64,000 bases of DNA, taken from positions 59,411 through 123,410 of the forward strand of contig CAZRHE010000001.1 in NCBI GenBank assembly GCA_964599875.1. The letters run 5' to 3'. Each line of letters opens with the position of its first letter. Positions within the stretch are counted from its first letter, which is position 1. The position numbers and the translations under genes are program-made. Of this stretch, positions 48,042-58,273 are shown piece by piece. This DNA comes from an uncultured Bacteroidaceae bacterium (lineage in GTDB: Bacteria; Bacillota; Clostridia; Christensenellales; CAG-917). Under the pieces are notes generated by a model, which saw nothing but the letters and a program-made list of their open reading frames with translations, did no database searches and was not told the DNA's origin.

Positions 48042-50309
48042 TTAAGGTTTCTTGATTTGGTTCAGCATTTCGTTGACCTTGAAAATCATCTCTGCGGGGA
48101 CTTTATCTCCTGCCATTCCTGCGATTCTTTCAATGGTCATTCCGCCGACGAGTTTAATCATGCCCTTGCTGATTTTGAAGTCGCCTTTGCCCTCTCCGTC
48201 GCCGTGCGAATTCATATACGCAACCACTTGTTCGATAAGGCTGTTGACGAGTTTTTCACCCTCTTCGGTCTTCATGATATCGTTGAGTTTGTCCTTTATC
48301 GAGAAATAACCCTCGGGGAACTTGAAATCGAATTCGCCGTTTTTGTCGAACCAGTTTTCAACGCCGTCCGCACTTCCGTCACCTTTAAGGGAATAGCCCT
48401 CGTAAGGTTTCTTGACGTATTTCAATTCGATTTCGTCTTGAACGCCTCCGCTAACCGCTTTGATTTTGGTGGTGCCGAGAGTTTTAAGCGGCACTTCAAA
48501 AGTGAAGACGTACTTGCCGTCCTGTCTTGCGATTTCCTTTTTGCCCATATAGAGGGCGACGGAATCGCAGTTGGAATAGACTTTAACGGTGGTCGTCTTT
48601 TCCGCACGGTAGTAATATCTCTTCGACGCGATATGTACGAAAGGTTCTTTCGTCCAATATGCCTTATAGATGAAATAACTGTCTTTCTTTATCTTTCTGT
48701 CGTAAGTCACAAGACCTTTATTGTTTCTGCCCGCTATTCCGCCTTCGTTTCTGCCGTCCACGCCGAAGTCGAACATATTCCAGACGTGCGTCGCCCAGAG
48801 ATAAGGACGCTCCGCGAAAATCTTCAACATATTCTCGTGATAATACGCTTGATATTCCTCGCTGTAATCACCTTGTTTAGGCTCGCTCGTATGCCAAGTG
48901 AGAATTGCTTCGCATCCGTATTCGGAAAAGCCTATCGTTCTGTCGGGATAATTCGCTCTGAAATCGTCCAGCCATTCCGCATTGCCGTTTACGTCCCCGA
49001 CGTACCAGCCGAAATAGTGGTTGTAGGACATAATATCCGAAAGCGACACCATAGGCGAGGACGGGTCGAGCATAGTCACGTGCGCCATAGTGGTGGGACG
49101 AGTCTTATCCATCTCGTGACAAAGGTCGTTCAACTCGTGGTGCAAATTCAAAATTTCGTCGCTTTCTCCCGTTATGGTGATTTCGTTCGAAAGTCCCCAG
49201 CAGAATATTGACGCGTGGTTATAATTTTGCGTTACGAGTTCTTTCATTTGACTTATCGCGTTATCTCTGCCGTTTGCAAGGTGAGAGGAAATGTAAGGGA
49301 TTTCCGCCCAAACGACCATACCGTATTCATCGCACAAATCGTAGAAATATTGGTCGTGCTGATAGTGCGCAAGGCGTATCGTATTGGCACCCATTTCTTT
49401 GATGAGGTCTATATCTTCCTTGTGCTCTTTTTCGGTTATCGCCCAACCCATATCCTGTCTGTCTTGGTGACGGGAAACGCCGTGTAGGGGGTATTTTCTG
49501 CCGTTGAGATAAAAGCCGTCTTTATCCGCTTTCATAGTTCTGACGCCGAAACGGATTTCTCTTTCATCTTCACCAATCGGGGTTTTAAGCGTCAATTTCG
49601 CCGTATAAAGTGCGGGATTGTCGATTCCGTCCCAAAGAACGGGGGTTTCGATATCAAACGAAAATGCCGTCGTTTCCTTCGCATCGGCATCCGCCGCGCA
49701 CACCTCTTCTCCCTCGAAATACAATCCGCAATTCACGGTTGCGCCGTCAAGGTCGCCCGTAAGATACGCTTCGACGTTTATCGTCGCAGAGCCGTCCTCG
49801 TTGACGACGGGGGTTATTTTAACACCCTCGCTTCCGAGGTGGTCGAGGTCGAAACGAGTGGTCGGCGTTTCGATTATATACACGTTTCTGTATATGCCAC
49901 CGAAGAAAGTAAAGTCCGCCATTTGAGGATAAACCCTGTCGTTTGCGGAGTTGTCCGCGGACACGATTATTACGTTTTCGCCATCGGTAAGTGCGTCGGT
50001 TATCTTCGCGCGGAAAGTGGAAAAACCGCCCTCGTGATATGCGACGGATTCGCCGTTTACAAAGACTTCCGCTATTGCGTTGACGCCTCTAAATTCGAGA
50101 TAATAGTCCTTGTTTTCCTTTTTTGCGACGGCTATTTTCTTTCTGTAAAAGCATTTTCCGCGATAGTAATCGCTGCCGCCGTCTTGTCCGTCGAGGTTAT
50201 TCCACGTATGCGGAAGATTTATCTTCACGCTTTCGGCGGAATCCATTTCTTCAATTGAAGAACAAGACTTGAAAAAACGCCATCCGTTATTCAACAAAAC
50301 TTTTTTCAT
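48042..50309 (-). CDS. Glycoside hydrolase family 2, probably a beta-glucuronidase by context
   Basis: Acid/base context WGLSNEIT and nucleophile context GFSEYGCEA. GRNNKGLVTYDRK resembles the GUS NxK glucuronate-recognition region. Sits between the GPH transporter and hexuronate catabolic genes. Confidence 0.7.
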   Translation of the reverse strand: MKKVLLNNGWRFFKSCSSIEEMDSAESVKINLPHTWNNLDGQDGGSDYYRGKCFYRKKIAVAKKENKDYYLEFRGVNAIAEVFVNGESVAYHEGGFSTFRAKITDALTDGENVIIVSADNSANDRVYPQMADFTFFGGIYRNVYIIETPTTRFDLDHLGSEGVKITPVVNEDGSATINVEAYLTGDLDGATVNCGLYFEGEEVCAADADAKETTAFSFDIETPVLWDGIDNPALYTAKLTLKTPIGEDEREIRFGVRTMKADKDGFYLNGRKYPLHGVSRHQDRQDMGWAITEKEHKEDIDLIKEMGANTIRLAHYQHDQYFYDLCDEYGMVVWAEIPYISSHLANGRDNAISQMKELVTQNYNHASIFCWGLSNEITITGESDEILNLHHELNDLCHEMDKTRPTTMAHVTMLDPSSPMVSLSDIMSYNHYFGWYVGDVNGNAEWLDDFRANYPDRTIGFSEYGCEAILTWHTSEPKQGDYSEEYQAYYHENMLKIFAERPYLWATHVWNMFDFGVDGRNEGGIAGRNNKGLVTYDRKIKKDSYFIYKAYWTKEPFVHIASKRYYYRAEKTTTVKVYSNCDSVALYMGKKEIARQDGKYVFTFEVPLKTLGTTKIKAVSGGVQDEIELKYVKKPYEGYSLKGDGSADGVENWFDKNGEFDFKFPEGYFSIKDKLNDIMKTEEGEKLVNSLIEQVVAYMNSHGDGEGKGDFKISKGMIKLVGGMTIERIAGMAGDKVPAEMIFKVNEMLNQIKKP

Positions 50310-50342
50310 ATTTTCCTCCGATATATTATCGTATTTTTTAAT

Positions 50343-51362
50343 TTAGCGTTGCACTCTTCCGCTTGCGTTGCCGCGCATAAGGCTTTCCACTTCTTCGACC
50401 GAAACCATATTGTAGTCCCCTTCGATAGAGTGTTTGAGGCAACTTGCCGCGACTGCGAATTCAATCGTATGCTGCCCCGAAAAATCGTGGGTAAATGCGT
50501 ATATGAGTCCCGCGCCGAAACTATCTCCGCCGCCTACTCTGTCTACGATATGGATTGAATATTTCTTGCTGAAAAACGCGCGCGACGCGACGTACAACAT
50601 TCCCGACCAATCGTTGTCGTTTGCGCTTATGCTTTCGCGCAAAGTGATTGCGACCGCCTTGAATCCGAAACGCTCGGTGAGTTGTCTTGCCACCGAAACG
50701 TATCCTTCTCTATCCAGTTTTCCGCCTTCGATATCCGAGTTTTCCGCCTCGATACCGAATACGTCTTTCGCGTCCTCTTCGTTCGCTATGCAAACGTCCA
50801 CGTACTTGCAAATCTCTCCCATGACTTCAGACGCTTTTTCCTTGCTCCAAAGTTTTTTACGGAAGTTGAGGTCGCAAGACACGGTCAGTCCTTTTTCTTT
50901 CGCCGCGCGGACGGCGTCGAGAGTGATAGCGGCAAGTTCGTCCGAGAGTGCGGGTGTTATGCCCGTAAAATGGAACCATTCCGCTCCGTCGAAAGCCTTA
51001 TCCCAATCGAAATCTTCCGCGTTTGCAGTCGCGATCGAGGAATACTTTCTGTCGTATATGACCTTGCTCGGTCTTTGGCTCGCGCCTTTTTCGCAGTAGT
51101 AAATGCCCACTCTATCCCCGCCGCGCGCGATATAGGACGTATCCACGCCGAATTTTCGAAGGGAATTTACCGCGCTTTGTCCGATTTCGTGCTCGGGAAG
51201 TTTGCTTACGAATCTTGCGTCCATGCCGAAAGAGGACAAAGACACCGCCACGTTTGCCTCCGCTCCGCCGAAAGTCGCTTCGAGTCTGTCGCTTTGCACG
51301 AATCTCAAATAGTTTTCGGGAGCAAGACGAAGCATTAGTTCACCAAAGGTTACAACTCGCAT
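50343..51362 (-). CDS. kdgK: 2-dehydro-3-deoxygluconokinase (PfkB family)
   Basis: VVTFGELMLRLAP...GGAEANVAVSL and DRVGGGDSFGAGLIY (PfkB signature 2). Confidence 0.85.
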   Translation of the reverse strand: MRVVTFGELMLRLAPENYLRFVQSDRLEATFGGAEANVAVSLSSFGMDARFVSKLPEHEIGQSAVNSLRKFGVDTSYIARGGDRVGIYYCEKGASQRPSKVIYDRKYSSIATANAEDFDWDKAFDGAEWFHFTGITPALSDELAAITLDAVRAAKEKGLTVSCDLNFRKKLWSKEKASEVMGEICKYVDVCIANEEDAKDVFGIEAENSDIEGGKLDREGYVSVARQLTERFGFKAVAITLRESISANDNDWSGMLYVASRAFFSKKYSIHIVDRVGGGDSFGAGLIYAFTHDFSGQHTIEFAVAASCLKHSIEGDYNMVSVEEVESLMRGNASGRVQR

Positions 51363-51925
51363 ATTCTCACAATCTCCTTACAGTTTGCGACAACGTCGCC
51401 TTTCATCATAAACGAACCGCCCACGGCGTACGTTTTGTCAAAGTCCAAATATTCCTTGAGGTTGCCAAGGTCTACGCCGCCCGTCGGAATAAACTTAATT
51501 TGCGGGAAGGGCGCGGATAACGCTTTCATCGCTTTCAGTCCGCCGAAAACTCCAGCGGGGAAAAACTTCACCACGTCTATCCCGTACGAAACCGCTTTCA
51601 TGATTTCGGTCGGAGTTACGCAACCTGGATAATAAGTCACGCCGTTTAACGTGCAATATTCTGCGACCTCGTCGCTGAATCCCGGGGATACGATGAATTT
51701 CGCACCTGCGTCGAGTGCGCTTTTCGCTTGTTCGAGGTTGATAACCGTGCCTGCGCCGATATTCATATCGGGAAACGCTTTCACACCTATTTCGATTGCT
51801 TCTCTTGCGCACGCCGTACGGAAAGTGATTTCCGCCACGTTCACTCCGCCCTCGCGAAGTTTCGACAGCACGTCTATGGTTTCGCTCGCGTCTTTTATGA
51901 CGACGACGGGGATGACTTGTTTCAT
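51350..51925 (-). CDS. eda: KDPG / 4-hydroxy-2-oxoglutarate aldolase
   Basis: EITFRT, GAGTVIN, FIVSPG and KFFPA motifs. Overlaps kdgK by 13 nt. Confidence 0.85.
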   Translation of the reverse strand: MKQVIPVVVIKDASETIDVLSKLREGGVNVAEITFRTACAREAIEIGVKAFPDMNIGAGTVINLEQAKSALDAGAKFIVSPGFSDEVAEYCTLNGVTYYPGCVTPTEIMKAVSYGIDVVKFFPAGVFGGLKAMKALSAPFPQIKFIPTGGVDLGNLKEYLDFDKTYAVGGSFMMKGDVVANCKEIVRICEL

Positions 51926-51926
51926 A

Positions 51927-52754
51927 TTACACCCCGCTGTATGCGGAGAATCCGCCGTCCACGGGAATAATCGTCCCCGTCACGAAACCGCTTGCCTTGT
52001 CGTCGGACAGCCAAAGCAAACAGCCGATAAGGTCGCTGATTTCCCCGAATTTTTTCATGGGAGTAGCACTCAAAATTTTGCCCGTCCTTGCGGTGGGAGT
52101 GCCGTCCTCAGCGTAAAGCAGACTTCTGTTTTGGTTGGTCACGAAAAATCCCGGTGCGATTGCGTTGCAACGGATATTGCAGGGAGCAAAATGCACCGCA
52201 AGCCATTGCGTGAAGTTGGATATGCCCGCCTTTGCCGCGGAATACGCAGGGATTTTTGTGAGGGGCGAAAACGCGTTCATGGAAGATACGTTGATGATAT
52301 TTCCGCCCGTTTCGACCATATCCTTTGCAAAAACCTGCGTGACGAGGAATGCGGATGTTATATTGAGGTCGAAAACGAATTTTAGTCCGCTTTCTTCGAG
52401 GGCAAAGAAGTCCTTGACGCCCGTCGTATCGGGAGTCATATATTCGTTATCCGTAGTTGCGCGAGGATTGTTTCCGCCCGCACCATTGATAAGGAAATTC
52501 ACCTTGCCGAATTTTGCGTTGATTTCCTCTTTCGCTCTTTCGATATCCGCTTTGTCAAGACAGTTACATTTGACTGCGACCGCGTTTTCTCCTATTTCGT
52601 CCGCGACTTTTTTCGCAGCGTCGTAGTTGATATCGAGAAGCGCGACTTTTGCGCCGCACTCTGCGAGCGCGCGAGCAAATTCGGAACAAATAATTCCGCC
52701 TGCACCCGTGATTGCGATTGTTTTTTCACTTAAATCCACACTGAACGGTATCAT
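51927..52754 (-). CDS. SDR-family oxidoreductase, probably D-mannonate oxidoreductase (UxuB/YjmF-like)
   Basis: TGAGGIICSE cofactor motif and YSAAK catalytic motif. Start re-set to the ATG at 52754 (ATGA overlap with the uxuA stop). Confidence 0.7.
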   Translation of the reverse strand: MIPFSVDLSEKTIAITGAGGIICSEFARALAECGAKVALLDINYDAAKKVADEIGENAVAVKCNCLDKADIERAKEEINAKFGKVNFLINGAGGNNPRATTDNEYMTPDTTGVKDFFALEESGLKFVFDLNITSAFLVTQVFAKDMVETGGNIINVSSMNAFSPLTKIPAYSAAKAGISNFTQWLAVHFAPCNIRCNAIAPGFFVTNQNRSLLYAEDGTPTARTGKILSATPMKKFGEISDLIGCLLWLSDDKASGFVTGTIIPVDGGFSAYSGV

Positions 52755-53788
52755 TTTTTCATCTCCTTTCTCACCGCCTCGAAAAGTCCCGTGAGATAGC
52801 ACGCGCCCATCGCTCTGTCGAAAAGTCCGTAGCCGGGTTTTGCGTCCTCTCCCCACACGTTTCTTCCGTGGTCGGGACGGACATAGCCGTCGAATCCGTT
52901 TTCTTCAAGAGCCTTGACGATGCCGTACACGTCCACGTTTCCGCAGTCGGTTTGGTGTCCGTTTTCATAAAAATTTATTTCTCCGTCATACTTGAGTTGA
53001 CGAAGGTGAGCAAAGTAAATTCTATCCGCGTACTTGCCCGCCATTTTAGGCAAGTCGTTGAATCTTCCCGCGCCGAGAGAGCCGGTGCAGAAAGTTATGC
53101 CGTTATGACGATTCGGCACCGCCGCGAACAGTTTGTCGTAATCCTCCTCTTTCGAGATAATGCGAGGAAGTCCGAACATATCCCAAGGCGGGTCGTCGGG
53201 ATGAATTGCCATATTCACGTCCGCCTCGTCGCACGCAGGCATAATCGCGCGCAAGAAATACACGAGATTGTCGAACAGTTTTTCGTGCGTCATCCCTTCG
53301 TATTCGTTAAGGAGTGCGTTGAGTTCGTCCGCAGAATAACTCTCGTCCCAACCGGGCAGATGAAGATTTTTCGGGTCGAGCGCAAGCAATGCGTCGTGGT
53401 CGTACGCAAGAGAAGTCGCTCCGTCCGCATGTTTGAAATATAAATCCGTGCGGAGCCAGTCGAATACGGGCATAAAGTTATAGCATATGCACTTGACGCC
53501 GACCTTGCCGCAGTTGATTATATTCTGCTTGTACGCCTCGATATATTTGTCGCGCGTGGGCTTGCCGAGTTTGATATCCTCGTGCACGGGGACGGACTCT
53601 ATGACTTCCATATCAAGTCCCGCGCCGTTTGCAAGGGACTTAAGTCTTTCGAGTTTTTCCATTTCCCACACCTCTCCGACGGGGACGTCGTACACGGCGG
53701 TAACCACCCCGCTCATACCTTGAATTTGTTTGATATGGTTCAGCGGAATACAATCCTTTTCGCCGTACCATCTGAAAGTCATTTTCAT
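52751..53788 (-). CDS. uxuA: Mannonate dehydratase
   Basis: MKMTFRWYGEKD...ICYNFMPVFDWLRTDL is the characteristic UxuA N-terminus. Confidence 0.85.
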   Translation of the reverse strand: MKMTFRWYGEKDCIPLNHIKQIQGMSGVVTAVYDVPVGEVWEMEKLERLKSLANGAGLDMEVIESVPVHEDIKLGKPTRDKYIEAYKQNIINCGKVGVKCICYNFMPVFDWLRTDLYFKHADGATSLAYDHDALLALDPKNLHLPGWDESYSADELNALLNEYEGMTHEKLFDNLVYFLRAIMPACDEADVNMAIHPDDPPWDMFGLPRIISKEEDYDKLFAAVPNRHNGITFCTGSLGAGRFNDLPKMAGKYADRIYFAHLRQLKYDGEINFYENGHQTDCGNVDVYGIVKALEENGFDGYVRPDHGRNVWGEDAKPGYGLFDRAMGACYLTGLFEAVRKEMKK

Positions 53789-54978
53789 AAGCCAAGCACC
53801 TCTTTAACGTTGTAATAGGCAATATTTTTCGCAATTTGAATCGCGGCGTTTTCGTCGTATTCTCCGCCGTCCACCTTGTCTGCGATAAAGGACGAAAGTA
53901 TGCGACGATAGAAGTCGAAACGCACGTATGAACTGAACGAACGGCTGTCCGTGAGCATGCCGAGATTGTTGCCGAGCACTGCGTATTCGGACACCGTTTC
54001 GAGTTGACGACGAATACCCGCCGCCGTGTCGTTGAACCACCAAGCAGAGCCGACGAGCACGTTTCTGAATGCGCCTGAAATCGCACAAACGGCTCTTAAA
54101 TACTCATCGTTGAGCGGATAAAGTACGATTTTGGGCAATCCGCCGAGTTTCGTATTCATCTTGTCGAGCAAAAGCGCAAGTTTATCCGTTTCGATTTTGC
54201 CGCGGAAAACGTCGAATCCGCTATCCCGTCCGATAGAGGCAAACGCAGTCGAATTGACGTTTCTGAAAGTGCCGAAATGCAGTTGCAAGACAACGTCGCG
54301 TTTATAACATTGTTCTATAAGCCACTCCGCGTTTTCGAGGTTATCGAAAGAGTCGAATCCGTGGTCTGCTATTTTGCAACCTTTCGATATAAAATAATCG
54401 AATCTCTCTTCGAGGGCCTTTTTATCCGTGCCGTCTAAAAAGCGCGCGTCGGGACGGAAAGTAGGACGGACTTTGACTCCGCCGAAATCTCCGTGCGATT
54501 CAAGAGAAGAAAACGGGTCGTCCGTCGTCGCGATATATTCAACCTTGAAATCCGAAAGCAGAGTGCCCACGGATATTCCTTTCAGTTTTTCGTTTGCTTT
54601 TTCCCATATGGACTTTGCGCTGTCCGCGTTGAGCGGCTCGTGAATATCGAATATCGCGCTCAACTCCATATGCGTCCAATAATAAAGGGGATTCCCGACG
54701 AGCATGGGCATAATCTCCGCATACTTCAAAAACTTTTCTTCGTAGGATTTTTCGCCCGTAATATATTCTTCGTCCACCCCACAAAGTCGCATCGCGCGCC
54801 ACTTATAATGGTCGCCCGACAGCCACAACTCCCCGATATTTTCAAAGCGTTTATTTTCTTTGATTTGTTTTTCGTCGAGGTGACAGTGATAGTCGATTAT
54901 AGGGAGCGCGGAAATTGCGGAATATATCCGCTTCGCCGTTTCTCCCGAAAGCAATAGATTTTCATCGAAAAATGCCAT
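53785..54978 (-). CDS. uxaC: Glucuronate isomerase
   Basis: LPIIDYHCHL and GDHYKWRAMRLCGV motifs. Rather short at 397 aa. Confidence 0.8.
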   Translation of the reverse strand: MAFFDENLLLSGETAKRIYSAISALPIIDYHCHLDEKQIKENKRFENIGELWLSGDHYKWRAMRLCGVDEEYITGEKSYEEKFLKYAEIMPMLVGNPLYYWTHMELSAIFDIHEPLNADSAKSIWEKANEKLKGISVGTLLSDFKVEYIATTDDPFSSLESHGDFGGVKVRPTFRPDARFLDGTDKKALEERFDYFISKGCKIADHGFDSFDNLENAEWLIEQCYKRDVVLQLHFGTFRNVNSTAFASIGRDSGFDVFRGKIETDKLALLLDKMNTKLGGLPKIVLYPLNDEYLRAVCAISGAFRNVLVGSAWWFNDTAAGIRRQLETVSEYAVLGNNLGMLTDSRSFSSYVRFDFYRRILSSFIADKVDGGEYDENAAIQIAKNIAYYNVKEVLGL

Positions 54979-55002
54979 TATTATACCTCTTAATATATTT
55001 AT

Positions 55003-55031
55003 ATTGTATCACTCAACATTTGTATAGTAAA
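55003..55031 (-). promoter_or_regulatory. Candidate promoter of the uxaC operon
   Basis: TTTACT, 17 nt, TGATACAAT (extended -10), about 25 nt before the uxaC ATG. Confidence 0.45.
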
Positions 55032-55087
55032 CCCCGATTTTTGCTATTTTACTTGCAAAAATTGCTGTATTGTAATATTATTGACTT

Positions 55088-55927
55088 ATGAGCGAAAATC
55101 AATTTATGACAAAAAAGACTTTCGAGGTCCGTCACCGCACGGATAAAGATTTCAAGACCGTGGAAATGCACTCTCACGATTTTTACGAAATCTACTTTTT
55201 TCTGAAAGGCTCGGCAAGTTACATAATCGAAGACTGCAAATATTCCTTGCGATTCGGAGATATCCTGCTCATTCCCCCCAACAAACTTCATCAACTCGAC
55301 ATAAAGGACTCGACGGAAACTTACGAAAGATACGTGCTGTGGATTGACGGCAAATATCTCAAAAAGATTTCCACTCAAAAAAGCAATCTCGGCACCTGCT
55401 TTATTAAGGCGACCGAAAACGACGCCTATCTTATCCGCAACGACGTTTTGTCAGAAAAGATACGCAGACTTCTTGAAGGAGTGACCGCACCCCAAACGGA
55501 CGCTTTCGGCGCAGACTTGGAGGCGGAAGAAAAAATCAAATCAATACTCTTAAACCTCGGCAGATTCTTTTTGCAAAACGACGGCAATCTCGGAGTCAGC
55601 GGAAAGACTAATCCATGCGTTGCGAAAGCAATGGATTATATCTCGGAGCATATATCCGAAGACCTGTCTTTGGACGTGATTTCATCCGCTCTTTTTGTAA
55701 ACAAGTATTACTTTGCGCACGTATTCAAGGAAACGACCAACACTTCCCCGCACCGATACGTTTTGAAAAAACGGCTCGTCCTTTCAAAGCAACTGATAGA
55801 GCAAGGATTCCCCGTGACAGAAGTTTATATCAAATGCGGTTTTTCGGATTACACGCACTTTTTCAGGGCTTTCAAAAACGAATACGGCATAACCCCGAAA
55901 CAATTCTACTCGATAATCAAACAATAA
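55088..55927 (+). CDS. AraC-family transcriptional regulator (cupin sensor plus HTH)
   Basis: N-terminal cupin (HSHDFYEIYFFL) and C-terminal dual HTH (...YFAHVFKETTNTSPHRY...FSDYTHFFRAFKNEYGITPKQF). Divergent from the uxaC operon. Confidence 0.85.
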   Translation: MSENQFMTKKTFEVRHRTDKDFKTVEMHSHDFYEIYFFLKGSASYIIEDCKYSLRFGDILLIPPNKLHQLDIKDSTETYERYVLWIDGKYLKKISTQKSNLGTCFIKATENDAYLIRNDVLSEKIRRLLEGVTAPQTDAFGADLEAEEKIKSILLNLGRFFLQNDGNLGVSGKTNPCVAKAMDYISEHISEDLSLDVISSALFVNKYYFAHVFKETTNTSPHRYVLKKRLVLSKQLIEQGFPVTEVYIKCGFSDYTHFFRAFKNEYGITPKQFYSIIKQ

Positions 55928-55939
55928 GGAAAACTTCAT

Positions 55940-55964
55940 AAAACGGCGTTTATAACGCCGTTTT
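55940..55964. terminator. Bidirectional rho-independent terminator after araC
   Basis: AAAACGGCGTT-TAT-AACGCCGTTTT. Confidence 0.75.
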
Positions 55965-56032
55965 GTGTTAATTAAATATCGATTTTGCAATCTACAATTT
56001 GTTTTATTTTGTTTGTTCTTCGCCTGAAAAGT

Positions 56033-56063
56033 AAAAAAAATAAAAGCCGCCGCAAGGGCGACT
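56033..56063 (-). terminator. Rho-independent terminator after trmO
   Basis: Minus-strand AGTCGCC-CTTGC-GGCGGCT followed by TTTTATTTTTTTT. Confidence 0.75.
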
Positions 56064-56080
56064 TTCTATTTTTATTCGTC

Positions 56081-56749
56081 TTATTCGTCGTCGACGGAAA
56101 GCACCGTTAGGGTGTTTCCCCTCACTTGAAATCTTACGTTGAATCCCGCGAACTCGAATCCGTAAATTCTGTTTTCGTCGTTTTGATAAGACGGACGCGG
56201 GTCGTAGGACAACACTTTCAAAAGGGTTTCTCTCTTGCTTTCGGGCAACGCTTCGAGGACGTAATCGTCCCCCAAAACAACGTCTAATACGTGTGCGTCC
56301 CCGTCAAAAGAATAACCGCAAGTTGCGTCCGAGTGAATATCCGAATAAGGCACGTAAGGTTTCACGTCGTAAATGCCCGTGCCGTCCGCAAGGTCTGCAC
56401 CCGAAACGCGCAGCACGACGCCGTGAGAAGCCGTCCTTTCAACGCCGAGGAGTTTGACGGACGACAAGCCTATCGGATTGGGACGATAGGGCGAGCGGGA
56501 CGCAAACACGCCTACCCTGACGTTTCCGCCGAGGCGCGGAGGGCGAACGGTCGAATTCCACTCCTCTTTTTCGTTATCGAATTTCCATATAAGCCACAAA
56601 TGCGAAAATCCCTCTATCCCGCGCAGTGCGTCGGGATTGCGAAATTCGGGCTCGAACACGACGACGGACTCCACTTCGGCAAGTCCGCTTTGACGCGGGA
56701 TGCCGAATTTAGAGGTGTAGTCGTTGTGTATGGTTGCGATTATTTTCAT
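56081..56749 (-). CDS. trmO: tRNA (t6A37) methyltransferase TrmO (TsaA family)
   Basis: FGIPRQSGL...FSHLWLIWKFD...RSPYRPNPIGLS are typical TsaA motifs. Confidence 0.8.
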   Translation of the reverse strand: MKIIATIHNDYTSKFGIPRQSGLAEVESVVVFEPEFRNPDALRGIEGFSHLWLIWKFDNEKEEWNSTVRPPRLGGNVRVGVFASRSPYRPNPIGLSSVKLLGVERTASHGVVLRVSGADLADGTGIYDVKPYVPYSDIHSDATCGYSFDGDAHVLDVVLGDDYVLEALPESKRETLLKVLSYDPRPSYQNDENRIYGFEFAGFNVRFQVRGNTLTVLSVDDE

Positions 56750-57792
56750 TTGGTTATAACTGCGTACGCGACTTCGGGATTGTCCGTAATGATTGCGTCC
56801 GCGCCGTTGTCGACGAGGCGTTTGACGTCGTCCGCGTCGTTAATCGTCCAATATTGCACCGCGATATCGTGCGCGTGTGCGTAGTCGCAAAACGCTTTCG
56901 TGCCGAGGTCGAAATAACCTTTGAGCCCTTGCGGAATTTGCAAGACGTCGAATTTGAAGTCCTTGTTATTGTTTCCGTAAAGGAAAGAGAAATAGAAATC
57001 CATGACTTCCATAATGCTTGCGGAGCGAGTGAGGTCGGGATATTGCTTGTCGATATATCTCGTCACGTTGTCCTTAAAAGTGCCGACGATGACGTGGTCG
57101 GTGATGCCGTATTGTTGCATTTTGGCATACAGGATATCCATGGCGCGCTCGCCGTCCTTGCCGCCGTTTTTGATTTCGATGATGTAGTTAAGGTCGGGAC
57201 GGACGGAAGTGAGATAGGTCAAAATCTCGTCGAGAGAAAGGATTTTGACGTTTTCGGGGATTTGATCTCCGCGGAGTCCGCGATAAGGATAATTGCCGTT
57301 GATATCCTCGAAGTTTTCACCGAAATTGAGTTGTTTTAGTTCGGCAAGGGTTTTGTCGATTACTTCGACGTCGTCGTCACCGTAAAACTCGGTCGCGTTC
57401 GAAGTGCGGTTGACGGTGTCGTCGTGAAGAAGTACGAGTTGGTCGTCCGCGGTGATATGCAAGTCGAATTCCACGATATCCACGACGTAATCGGTTGCTT
57501 TCATACATTTTTCAAACGCCATCAAAGTTTCTTCGGGCGCAAGGTCGCCGCCCGCGCGGTGAGCGGAAATGTAGGTACGCTCGTCGAAAGTGATATATCT
57601 GTTATCCCCTTCGTAGACTTTGATTTCGTCCACTCTTGAGTAATCCCCCGTCAAAGGCAACGCAAGGAAGTTGACGAGCACGACTGCGATAATCAGGGAC
57701 GTTATCGTCCATTTTACGATTTTGTTGATTTTGTCTTTCTTTTCGAGGTAGGCGAGGAACTCCCCTACCGACATTGCGGAATAATCAGCCAT
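56746..57792 (-). CDS. Membrane-anchored glycerophosphodiester phosphodiesterase
   Basis: ISAHRAGGDLAPEETLMAF and EFDLHITADDQLVLLHD are GDPD motifs. N-terminal TM. Start re-set to the ATG at 57792. Confidence 0.8.
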   Translation of the reverse strand: MADYSAMSVGEFLAYLEKKDKINKIVKWTITSLIIAVVLVNFLALPLTGDYSRVDEIKVYEGDNRYITFDERTYISAHRAGGDLAPEETLMAFEKCMKATDYVVDIVEFDLHITADDQLVLLHDDTVNRTSNATEFYGDDDVEVIDKTLAELKQLNFGENFEDINGNYPYRGLRGDQIPENVKILSLDEILTYLTSVRPDLNYIIEIKNGGKDGERAMDILYAKMQQYGITDHVIVGTFKDNVTRYIDKQYPDLTRSASIMEVMDFYFSFLYGNNNKDFKFDVLQIPQGLKGYFDLGTKAFCDYAHAHDIAVQYWTINDADDVKRLVDNGADAIITDNPEVAYAVITK

Positions 57793-57870
57793 TTTCTTCT
57801 CCGTTATATAATAATATTGACGCACGCACGTGCGAGCGAACAAAAACCCCGACTGACGTCGGGATTTAAG

Positions 57871-58272
57871 TCAGGATTTAATCGTTCCCGCGACGTTCAC
57901 TTTTGCATATCGTTTGAAGAGTTTGACGGGATTGAGCCACTTTCTCTCTATGTGATATGCGCTTGACAGCACGGTAACTTCGGTGACGCCGAGTTTTTCA
58001 AAGATTTGTCTGCAAAACTTTGCGTTTTCTTTGGTGGTCGTAGAGCGGTCCTCAACGACGATTTTACTCTCGTCGACGCCTTTTTCGAGCAACCACGCTT
58101 TCATAACCGAACCTTCGGATTTGCCCGCTTTAGGATTTGCGATTCCGCCCGTGAGGACGAGGATATCGTAATCTTTCTCGACGTCGAGAGTTTTTTGCAG
58201 TCTGCCGCGAAGATAATCGCTTATAGACCCGTCGTCGTTCAATCTGTTGCCAAGAGTTACGAGAACTTTCAT
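57871..58272 (-). CDS. YdcF/DUF218-family protein
   Basis: LTGGIANPKAGKSEGSVMKAWLLEKGV...VEDRSTTTKENA is the DUF218 pattern. Starts 1 nt after the stop of the giant gene. Confidence 0.7.
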   Translation of the reverse strand: MKVLVTLGNRLNDDGSISDYLRGRLQKTLDVEKDYDILVLTGGIANPKAGKSEGSVMKAWLLEKGVDESKIVVEDRSTTTKENAKFCRQIFEKLGVTEVTVLSSAYHIERKWLNPVKLFKRYAKVNVAGTIKS

Positions 58273-58273
58273 A

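Noticed and set aside
46285-49211. Plus-strand ORFs of 307 and 406 aa
   Set aside because: They are antisense to the GPH transporter and GH2 genes, with no motifs.
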